38,814 nucleotides of DNA from Neovahlkampfia damariscottae (lineage: Eukaryota): positions 124,001 to 162,814 of the forward strand of contig JABLTG010000020.1 of NCBI GenBank assembly GCA_016618085.1, given 5' to 3'. The stretch's first letter is position 1; each line of letters starts with the position of its first letter. Position numbers and translations under genes: made by a program. A model generated the notes under the pieces. The model saw only the letters and a program-made list of their open reading frames with translations, had not been told where the DNA came from and did not search any database. Shown here piece by piece: positions 12,032 through 21,642 of this stretch.

Positions 12032-14060
12032 TTATTGACTTTTTTATTGGCTATTAAACGGATTTTTTTTTGCTTGGGTTGGTCAAGCCAAAAGCTAAAA
12101 TTTAACAGCAGCCCAGAAAAAGACTCCGAAGGATGAAAATGTTGTCAAAAAATAGTCAGAAATTTTCTTCATAAAATTTGACCAATAAAATGGCTCTGGT
12201 AATACCAAGAAAACAAATGAAACCGAAAAAATACGAAAAGAATTTATAAGAGATATTTTTAGATCAGAAACATCGTTTCATATGGGTGCAAATAACAACA
12301 AGATTGAAGAATTGGAAATGAAGACAAAGAGTCAGGTTTAATAACAAGGAAACAAAAAGCAGAATTACAAAACTGGATGATTTTGACAGCTCCAAAAATG
12401 ATGAAGTTCAGGAGTTTGAGATTCAAAATCTTAATATTTCAAAGAATTTATATTTTATTTGTAAATTCAATCTTTTCAAAAGCAGATTTTACTTGTTTAC
12501 CTTTGAATGCTAATCCTAATTTTATTACACTTTTTATTTGTTCATATTGATGAATTTCAGTTGAATAGATATCATCAATTTGTTTGATTGCATTTTTTGA
12601 TAAATTTTCAAGATCATTTCCATTTTTTGATTGTTTGAATTCAATAATAAATGCAACATGTTTTGATTTAGATTTTGAAATAATTAAAACATCATATCTT
12701 CCAAGTCCACTTTCTCTATTGGAATGAATAATGTGAGTACCATTTAAACTTGCAATAAGTCCAAGGAAAAAAAAATGATAACTCTTTTCTTTATCTTGAT
12801 TTCCAAAATCATGATAACTTGATGTAAAAATTAAATAATCAGATAATTTTTTTGTAAATTTTTCAATATCTTCATCTAATAAACTTTGAATGAAAGAATG
12901 ATATTTTTGTTCACCCATTTCATCATTCTTCAATAATCTTTTTAAAAAATGCCTTCACTTCTTTATTTGGAATGATGAGATCACAAACATATTGTCTTTT
13001 AGAATTAAATCTAACTTCTTTTGTTGTTAAATAACTAGTAAAATAAAATAAATTCCAAATTGGTGATTCACTCGCCTCAAAATTTTTCAAAGTCATTTGT
13101 TCATCAATTTTTGGTGATAAAACCACCTGAAATTAATGTTAAGAGATCTTTTTGAATTTCTACTGATTTTTCTGTTATAAGTTTTTTTATCAATGAATTT
13201 TGAGATGTATTTATCCAATATAATTTTAATTCACCAATATTTTTAATAAATTTATTGATTGACCATGGATTATATAAAGTTGATTGATAAATCTTATCCA
13301 TTGTACCATTCTTTTATATCATCAAATGAAGACATTTTTAAATCAGATTCTTGAAGCATAATTTGAATTTCTTCATCTAAATATCCAAAATAAGTGCTAT
13401 AACGTTGGTCTAGCATATATATTCTTCAAAGTTATTAACTCCAGTGAATAAATTCGCTTTTGCAATACGTAATATTCCAGTTAATATTGCTTTTTGAAGA
13501 TATCTATTATTTTTAAGTGTTGAACTGAATAACTTTCTCATAAAATTTGTTACATCTTCTAAATATTTTTGTTCATCTTTAACATAAGCCATTTGGAGAG
13601 ATGTATCATATTCATCTATTAAAATAAAAACACTTTTTTGATAATAATCATAAAGTAATCTTGAAAGGAAGTAAATGGACACTTCAAGTTGTGCTTGTGA
13701 TACTTTACCAGAAAGATATTGGTTAAAAATTTTTTTTCATTACTGTCCAGCCTTGAAAGAAGATATTTGTGTTCTCTGTAAAGTTCTTGAATAAAAAAAT
13801 TAAATTTCTCTGAAAAAGATGTAAAGTTGTTCTCTGTTAAATCTTTGAAGGTAATGTAAATAACTGGATATTTTCCTTGATGTTCTTTCAAATATTTTCC
13901 ATCTTCAATTTTTGAAATTTTATAATCTTCAAATATTCCTTTTGTTTCTTTGTTTAGAACAGAAGGAGAAAAGAAGTGTTGAATCATGGACATATTAAGT
14001 GACTTGCCCCCCATCTTCTTGGACGTGTAATTAAAATTACTTCTGATAAATCATCTATTA

Positions 14061-14235
14061 AGACTCTTGGACAATTAGTGTCTTTATGAGAATAAAGGTT
14101 ATTTTCAAGTTGAAGAGTGGTGTTTCAATCGAACAAGTATTCTTTTCAAATATAACACCATTAATTGAACAACGAGTGTGTCAATTCACAACAAGTATAT
14201 CATTAGGCAATAGGTCTGTCTTTTTAACAATAAGT
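14061..14235 (+). repeat. Left TIR plus subterminal ACAAYRAGT motifs
   Basis: Begins agactcttggacaattagtgtcttta. Motif copies at 14169, 14188, 14207, 14227. Confidence 0.9.
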
Positions 14236-14457
14236 TCATCACCATCAAATGAAACACTTGTTGCCCACCAAGTCCTATTATTATTCATAAGCACACTCTT
14301 CAAGTTGGTGAGTGATGTTATTATTAAAAGCTGAAGTTCTGAAGAAATAAAATTTATATTGATATTGAACTAATTCTCAAAACATAAAATATATTTAAAA
14401 TTTTGAAAAAAGAAAATTTTTACTTGAAATTATTAAAAATTTAATGAATTTTACTAA

Positions 14458-15171
14458 TTAATCTGAACCATAAGATGCATAACCATCATAATCACTTCCA
14501 TAATCACAATATCTACTGTAATGATATTCATGATCAGATAAACTTTCGCTACCATCTGAATATTCATCAAAAATCCATTTATCAATTGAATCCCATTGTT
14601 TTTTACTTAATACTCCACAGTTTTTAGCAATTTTATGAAAATGAAATTTAAATCTTTTTTTATAAGTTCTTGGATGTGAAACAATAAATAGTGTGCATTC
14701 ATAAAATTTGTTTCTCTCTTTAAGATCATTCATGTCGTACATCTGTTTAAACAATCCAATTCCAAGCAAAGCTGCCATAGATCTTCCAACTTTTCTTTGC
14801 TTATATTCTTCAAGTTCATCAATATCATAAGATTTGACTTTAATCAATTCAGATATTTCCGTTATGTTCATATTAATTTCTGGAAGTTCAAGACCCAAAA
14901 AATCAAAAGTTTCTAATAAATTTAAAATATCTTCTTTTAAGCTCAAATTTGAATACAAATAGAAGAAGTCTTGTTTTTCGAGAAATTTTAAAATGACAAG
15001 AAGGTAAATTTTTGGAATATTAACTATAATTTTAGAATCAACCTTTTCAATTTTAAAATTTTCTTTAAGAAGAGAATTAAAATAAGGAATTTTTAAAAGT
15101 AATGACTTTTGAGCTAAAATTTCCTCTTCATCTTTTAGAATCAAGTTTACAGTATCCTCGTTCATCATCAA
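14458..15171 (-). CDS. BTB/POZ-like domain protein, 237 aa, cargo of the TIR element
   Basis: N-terminus VNLILKDEEEILAQKSLLLKIPYFNSLLKENF...LLVILKFL...LNLLETFDFLGL fits the BTB pattern. Acidic Tyr-rich tail, intact and intronless, CCAAT box at 15198-15202. Confidence 0.7.
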   Translation of the reverse strand: MMMNEDTVNLILKDEEEILAQKSLLLKIPYFNSLLKENFKIEKVDSKIIVNIPKIYLLVILKFLEKQDFFYLYSNLSLKEDILNLLETFDFLGLELPEINMNITEISELIKVKSYDIDELEEYKQRKVGRSMAALLGIGLFKQMYDMNDLKERNKFYECTLFIVSHPRTYKKRFKFHFHKIAKNCGVLSKKQWDSIDKWIFDEYSDGSESLSDHEYHYSRYCDYGSDYDGYASYGSD

Positions 15172-15361
15172 ATTACCAACTTTTTTTTATTGATCGACCA
15201 ATAGAAATACTCATTTAAAATGCAGATTTTTCTGAAAAGTCTCATTTTCAAGAACTATACTTTTCTGTTGAATCTTAAGCTTATATGCGATATTTGTTTC
15301 CATAACACGACCAATTACCAAGGATTTTATAAGTTGCGAAAAACCTTTTGTGAAATAAGTT

Positions 15362-15554
15362 ACTCGTTATGTCATGAGAGACTTACTTGGCAAATGATCG
15401 ACTTATTGTTAAATGATATACTTATTGTCAATTGATGAACTCATTGTCTAATGAGTGATATCATATTTAAAAGCACTCTTGTCCGATTGAAACACCATTC
15501 TTCAACTTGAAAATAACCTTTATTCTTATAAAGACACTAATTGTCCAAGAGTCT
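15362..15554 (-). repeat. Right TIR plus subterminal ACAAYRAGT motifs
   Basis: Ends taaagacactaattgtccaagagtct. Reverse-complement motif copies at 15439, 15420, 15401, with degenerate ones at 15381 and 15362. Confidence 0.9.
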
Positions 15555-16025
15555 TATTAATTCTTTAATCATTAAAGTTTTATCAACATAAAGAAACTTT
15601 TTGTTTTCAACAATCTTTCTAAAATCATCAACACCAATTGGTGGTATCTTTTTGGAATAAAAATTAAATTTTTTGAAACGCAACAACTTGTTGAACTTAA
15701 TCAAAAACATGATCAATGAAAATGATTGGTTACAAAAAAAATTTTACTTTTTTGTAATCGTTTTTGAAGATTTTTAAAAAATGAAAGAAGCTGATGTTAG
15801 CAACAGAGTTTTACCTATACCCAAATACTCTTTCTCTTTCAGCTGAAATCAAAAAAATTCGTTCATAAAGAAGTAGTAAAAGAAATGACATCTATAAAAT
15901 ATAAATTCTGGATACAATTGATAATATTGGGTATAATACTTTCCATTTCTTTCAATTTCTTTTCGAAATTCAAATTAGAAAAAAAAGAATGGGCCAGTTG
16001 CTAATTATTTTTCAAATATGAACAA

Positions 16026-16681
16026 TCAAGAAACTATAGATATTGAAATCAAGATATTATAATATGAATTACTAATGTCTTCTGGAAATATTCTGGCGTA
16101 ACTTTCGGTTAAATTGTATTCATTCAATGTTCTATCTTTCTGTATCTCTTTCAAATCAACTAATTTATGGTTAAAAAATTTTTTTCATGTTGTTGGTTGA
16201 GGAACTGACGGATTCGTTTTTCAATTTCATCTACATATGCTCCAGACTTCATACAGTCTTTTAAATAAGGTTGTGCATTTGTCCATGGAACTTTTTGAAG
16301 TTCTTTTAATGTGATTATATCTGTAATTTTATAACCATGATTTATAATTAAATCTTCTGATGGTTCTGGTGAAATATTCTGAGCTTGTATTAAGAATATA
16401 TCATATTGGTTATTTGTAAATGTACTTTTGAAAAATCTATACCAATAACCAGCAGGAATTTTGAAATCTTCAAAAAATTGGTTGAGCAATTTGAAAAAAT
16501 TTTGTAGATTAGACGATCCAGCACGAAAATTTGGTAAATTAGATGTATCGATTGTTTGAATCCTTTTTTCTATTTCACTGTGTTCTTTGCTTTCTTGAAG
16601 TTGTAATTGAGCAATTTTCTCTTTATTTTTCTCCTGTTCCTTCATGACATGTAGTCTTTTTGTTTTTGTGCATGCTGACAT
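16026..16681 (-). pseudogene. Possible retrotransposon Gag-like relic with a frameshift near 16175
   Basis: LPNFRAGSSNLQNFFKLLNQFFEDFKIPAGYWYRFFKSTF and VPWTNAQPYLKD...IRQFLNQQHE resemble Gag capsid motifs. No pol or LTR seen. Confidence 0.35.
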
Positions 16682-16733
16682 ACTGAAACAATTTAGGCTG
16701 ACCAAATGTGAGAACTTCGATTTTGATATTCTT

Positions 16734-18727
16734 CTATTTTTTTCTTTCCATATTTTTTTGTTTCTTTTTGTATTCTTTTTGTTTCTCGTAGAATTTTTCT
16801 TCATTATTTTTATATTTCAATTTTTTTTCTTTTGTCCAATTTTTACCAAAGCTAGTTGTCAATCTTTCATATTTCCAATCTCTTTCATTCTCCAATGAAA
16901 TATCAAATTCTTGCTCTTGTTGATTTAAATTCTGTGCTTGAATAATTCCATCTAAATTCAATAATACTGACAGAGTTTCAATGGACAAATGAATTTGTTG
17001 AATTTTAACACGAAGAGAATCAAATCCATTGGATTCAATAAATTCAATTGGAAAAGAATTCAAATCAAAAGTATAAAAAGAGTCCTTTCTTTTCTTTTGA
17101 ACATTTTTCCATTTTTCAATATCCTCAAACCAATCAAAACCATTATTTTTTAAAAGTACTCTTGGAATGACCTCTAATGCTTTGGAAAATGAATCCACAA
17201 TTTTCTTTTCTTTTATGTCTTCAATAATTAAATTTGATAAAAAATTTGAAAGAAAAATCTCCACACCTCCTCCTGAAGGAATCAATAAACAATCTTCAAA
17301 TGAATTTCGAATAACACATAAACAAGTGACCAAACAATCTCTAATTAAATCTAATGAATATTTTGTAGGTGAATTTATAATAATTGAGCAGGTTTGAGAT
17401 GATTCTGATTTAAATTTAAAAAGTGATTGGCCATCTTCATTTTCGATAATCAATTCATCACATGAACTCAATTTTTCATTCAAATTTTTAACTGATAATA
17501 AGTCATCAATTATATTTCCATTTAAAGATTTTACTGATTTTTCAAAAGTGGATTGAGATATATTTGAAATGATTATAATATCATTTAATTCATATTTAAT
17601 TTTATTGGAGATTTCAAATGTTGAAATAATTACATCACACTTTGAATTTAAAATTATATCTAATTTCTTTTCTAAAATCTGTTTTTCACCTTTTAATAAA
17701 TTTAATCTCTCCTTTGCTGAATTAAATTCTAATTGGATATTTTTTTGTTCTTTAATTTTTAATTCATCGTTTAAATATAAAATTCTACAATTCTTAATAT
17801 ATGAAATATAATCTTCATTCAATCCATTTTCACACTTTTTTTTTTTTTTAATTATTTTTTTCAAACTGTTGTTTGAACAATTGAAAATCCTTTTATGGAC
17901 TCAGCTCGAAAATTATAATTCTTTTTAAAAATCAATTGGATGTTATTTATATTTATTCTTAAATCTCTTAATTCTTTAATAGATAATCCTCTATATAAAG
18001 AGTTCATACAATCAATACATGCATTTGAAATTTTCTTTAAATTTCCTTAAAAAAAAACTAAATCCAATTACCTTTGATATTTCTTGATTTAATTTCGTAT
18101 TTGTAACTGTAAAACATAATTTAAATAATAAATCATTATCAGGATGTATTTTAAAATTAAGTAAATCATTCTTAGGTATTTCTTCTTTTAGAATTGAAAA
18201 TTGAAGAGATTTTAATTTTTCAATTAGAATTTTTGAATATTTCAAAAGTATTGATGATATATATGTTGTATCTAACCCTAAATCCATTAAAATCAAACAT
18301 TCTTTGTGTAACTCATTCAACAAAAGTATAACACCTGTTGTTCCATCTCCACAAGTCATAAATTGATTTTTTGATAATTTTACAATAATAGCCCCTTTTT
18401 AAATTTAAATTCTTTTTTTAATTACCAACTGGATGTGAAATTGGGATATTCTATTTTTATAAAATTCAATTTGTTCTTACGTTCAAAAGATAATTGGTAT
18501 TATTACTCAACTTTATATTTTCTTTTTGATTTTTTAAATTTCCATCATTCATAATCTTTGGTGTAATTATTATGTATTTACCATTTGGTCCAAAAGTTGA
18601 TTCAACCATTGTTGAAATTTGTATTAAGATTGAGCTGATTATATTTTGAACATTTTTTGAATTCTTTTTTTAATTTTTAGAAGGAATTATTGGTTTTTAC
18701 TATGATTTTATCAAATTTTGAATTCAT
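16734..18727 (-). CDS. Divergent group II chaperonin (CCT/TCP-1-like, possibly BBS-chaperonin type)
   Basis: 5 introns including a 25-nt microexon. Motifs STFGPNGK, ISHPVGAII, TCGDGTTG, IPSGGGVEI, FSKALEVIPRVLLKNNG, DSLRVK...LNLDGII. Confidence 0.8.
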
Positions 18728-18787
18728 TTTTTTTTTTTTTTTTTGAATAAAGTCAAGTGGAAAGTAAAAAAATTGTTTGATTGGACA
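18728..18787. promoter_or_regulatory. 60-bp bidirectional promoter with a single CCAAT box
   Basis: Divergent ATGs at 18727 (-) and 18788 (+); TGATTGGACA at 18778-18787. Confidence 0.6.
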
Positions 18788-19183
18788 ATGAGTACAGAAA
18801 AAAAAGAAGGAAATTTGTTAGACAAACCTACAAAAATTGTAAAAGGAAAAAATGTTTCTGGAAGAGTTTGGAAACAAGAAAAGAAAAAATTTTCACATGG
18901 AATACAAGACAAACCAAAATCTAATATAAAAAGAGATGAATTTAAAAAAATGAAAGAATTAGAAAAAAAATTAAAAGAAGACCTAGAAGAAGAAAGAAAA
19001 GAAGAAAAAAGAAGAATTCAACAAAAAAGAAGAGCAAAAGAAGAAAAAATGTTGAAAGAAAAAAATCTTGAAGGTTTAAAACAAAAAAAGAAAAGTAACG
19101 GTGCTAATCAAAGATTGACAAGAAAAGAATGGAAAAAAGTTAAAGCTGCACAAGAATTCAATATCACTACTCGTCAACTTTAA
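18788..19183 (+). CDS. CCDC86: CCDC86/Cgr1-family nucleolar coiled-coil protein
   Basis: GKNVSGRVWK motif followed by a K/E-rich coiled coil; first ATG at 18788. Confidence 0.75.
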   Translation: MSTEKKEGNLLDKPTKIVKGKNVSGRVWKQEKKKFSHGIQDKPKSNIKRDEFKKMKELEKKLKEDLEEERKEEKRRIQQKRRAKEEKMLKEKNLEGLKQKKKSNGANQRLTRKEWKKVKAAQEFNITTRQL

Positions 19184-19338
19184 ATTCAATTTATAAAATA
19201 TTTAAAAATGTTACATTAAAAATTTTGTCGTCGTTTTAAAACATTTTGATTAAATTTATCATTCTGAATAACTAAAAGTTCATTCTTTGGAAAATTAAAA
19301 TTTATTAAAATGAAAATTAATTTTTTCATCTTATTGGA

Positions 19339-20716
19339 TCAACAAGTTCTGATTTGATATTTACCAGAAATTGTAACATAACGAACACCTTTAAATGCTT
19401 TATAAGTTTCACCTTTAACAACAACTTGATCAATTTTTAAACCTGAATAAGCGATAGAAGGAATTTTAAATTTCAATTCAACTGAAGGTGTAGTATCTGG
19501 TACTTTTGTATTATTTTCAAGAAATATTTGACCTGAACAAGATGGTGTTTTTTGATTTTGACTATTAAATTTACCAATAGTCCAAATTAACTCTTTCTTT
19601 TTTGAATCAAATTTTACATTTCCAAAAGTAGTTGTAACTTTGGAACTAACAACACTCTTTGGTAAAGGAACAATAATTCTAACCTCTTCAAGTGAATTTC
19701 CTTCAATTGATTTTGAATTTGCCATAATTTGAACATTAGCACCACCATCAAACCAATTAATTTGAGGTCGACAATAAATTTGTGGAATAGTAATATCTTT
19801 TACTCTATTTGAAATTTATATTAATATTTTCTTTTCTTTTTACCTGTATTTCATTAATTCAAAATTTCCATCTGGAGGAACAAATGAAATAACTTTATCT
19901 TGTTCATATTTTGAATATCTAACGCATGGGTGAAAAGAAGAATCAGACACAAGTGAAGGATCTTTTAAATATAAAAGTAAATCAGGCATTCCAGAAAGTC
20001 GACAATTTACGTTCATAACTCCATTAATTTCGCAATTAACTGCAATGCCATTTCTATAGGTTGATTAAAAAAAAAAAAAAACTTACACATCAATTGTTGA
20101 ATTAATTTCTTCCACAATATCAAGATAAAATTGATTTTGATTATATTTAATTCCTGTTTTTCTCCATTCAATATTAGGTCCATTTGAATGTCCAAAAGTT
20201 GGTTTTGAAACATGAAGAGATTCTCCTGGAGGTGGTTTAACTAAATCACTTAACATAGTTTGTTCTGTTGTGAGAGGAAATCCAAAATCTATAATTTCAT
20301 CCAATAACTAAAGTTCAAGTTGGAAAAATTGATTTTTTTTTTTTTACCTGGTAAATTGTTACAAAGTTTTGTTGAATTGTATCTTCACTTATTTTTTTAC
20401 AATAGGTTTTGATAATTTCAACAATTCGATTTAAAAGTTCTATACCCATTAGAGGTGGAATTTCTTTTCTAGTGACTCCTACAAAATAAATACCATATCT
20501 ATAAACATGAAATAAATAATAGTTTCCACTTTGCATAACTGGTGAAGCATCTTCAGGTTTTTCGCATTTTTCAACTTCACTCCAAAATTTTTCTCCTACA
20601 GATCTACTGATTCTACCACACCAATGTCTTTCAATTAGTATTTCACTTTTTTATTGTTTTAGAAGAAATAAATTGATGAACCCTTTTCCAGTGATGATGA
20701 ATAAACTTTGGATCAT
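19339..20716 (-). CDS. AP3M: Adaptor complex AP-3 mu subunit
   Basis: 4 introns. Motifs MIQSLFIITGKGEILIERHW, NFVTIYQLLDEIIDFGFPLTTE, CRLSGMPDL, SFHPCVRY, SFVPPDGNFELM, YKAFKGVRYVT. Confidence 0.92.
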
Positions 20717-20944
20717 TCTAATTTGTTCGTTTCAACCAATGGGATTTTTTTAAGTTTTTCTTTTGAAAAAAAAAACGAATTTCTCAATAACACACAAAAC
20801 TGAAAAAAAAATGAATCCATTCATTAATTTATAAACAAAACCCATCTTCTGGAACAAAACCTTTATTTTTAATCAGAGGAGATGGATTGGCTTGTTGTTC
20901 CTCAAACTTCAAATATATCAACTCAAGAATCACAATCATAAATT

Positions 20945-21562
20945 CTATTGAAATAATGATTTATTTGAAATTAATCTTTGATTAAAATATTCTTCTTTTT
21001 TTTGAATAAATTTTATCATTTCTTCAATTGAATCTTTTTCATTTTTATTTTTTTTTGAACAATTAAAATTTGAATGAATATCAATTGATATCTTTTGTGA
21101 TTTAACTAAATCTAATAATTCTTCATTCTTTTTTCTCAATTTTGAATTTTCTTGAAATATTTTTCTTTTCATTTGTTCTTCCGTTAAAATTTGTTTATCT
21201 AAATTATCTGTTCTATTTTGAATAACATCATTTAATTCTTTAATTTTTAATTTAAATTCATCATTTTCAATGGATAACTTTTTATTTCTTTCATTTAAAT
21301 TTTCATTTAATTTTGAAATTCTATTAAACTCTTGTAAATTTTCTGATTTTTCTTTTTTTTGTTCATTTTCATTTTTTTCAATTTCTTCTTGAAGTAATTT
21401 AATTTTTTTTACAAAATCAAATTTTTCTTTTTCATATTCTTTCTCTGTTTTTAATACACTTTCACGAAATTTCAAAAAATTATCAGTTACATCTGTCAAT
21501 GTAGTTTCTAATTCAAAATTTCTTTCTTTTAATTCTTCAATAATTTGTTGTTGATTATTCAT
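20945..21562 (-). CDS. Hypothetical coiled-coil protein
   Basis: 205-aa open frame with heptad E/K/N composition. Confidence 0.65.
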   Translation of the reverse strand: MNNQQQIIEELKERNFELETTLTDVTDNFLKFRESVLKTEKEYEKEKFDFVKKIKLLQEEIEKNENEQKKEKSENLQEFNRISKLNENLNERNKKLSIENDEFKLKIKELNDVIQNRTDNLDKQILTEEQMKRKIFQENSKLRKKNEELLDLVKSQKISIDIHSNFNCSKKNKNEKDSIEEMIKFIQKKEEYFNQRLISNKSLFQ

Positions 21563-21642
21563 TTTTATTTTTTATTTTTTATTTGATGAATTTATCCACC
21601 ATAGATCAAATTATTTCTAAATATGTGAATTATTTTGGATGA

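Larger units (their letters stand above)
14061..15554. mobile_element. Non-autonomous TIR DNA element (1494 bp) carrying a BTB/POZ-like gene
   Basis: TIRs 14061-14137 and 15478-15554 match at 74/77. TATTA is duplicated at 14056-14060 and 15555-15559. Removing the element and one TATTA restores ...AAA GAA TTA ATA GAT GAT... of the host gene. No transposase ORF. Confidence 0.93.
12448..15710 (-). pseudogene. Bacterial-type AAA-ATPase-like plus PD-(D/E)XK nuclease gene (AAA-ATPase_like + PDDEXK_9 architecture), split by a TIR element and ~6 frameshifts
   Basis: 5' part 15555-15710 reads MFLIKFNKLLRFKKFNFYSKKIPPIGVDDFRKIVENKKFLYVDKTLMIKELI. It resumes below 14056 as DDLSEVILITRPRRW(fs)GKSLNMSM, ILIDEYD, LTGILRIAK, KEWYNG, YNPWSI, LIIPNKEV, NRESGLGRYDVLI...IIEFK. 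Intronless. Confidence 0.92.

Noticed and set aside
11192..12440. Stop-codon reassignment explaining the in-frame stops
   Set aside because: TAA, TAG and TGA all end intact genes in the window, and conserved genes contain no internal stops
12448..14055. Bacterial contaminant or chimeric contig
   Set aside because: Composition matches the host, the gene has the host CCAAT box, and it is contiguous with intron-containing genes; read mapping would settle it
14169..14235. Periodic repeats as a CRISPR array
   Set aside because: The repeat is 9 bp with a 19-bp period, mirrored at both element ends, with no cas genes and in a eukaryotic context
14086..15435. ORFs 14086-14334 and 15220-15435 as a transposase
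   Set aside because: They overlap the TIR and subterminal repeats, are short, and show no DDE or DNA-binding motifs
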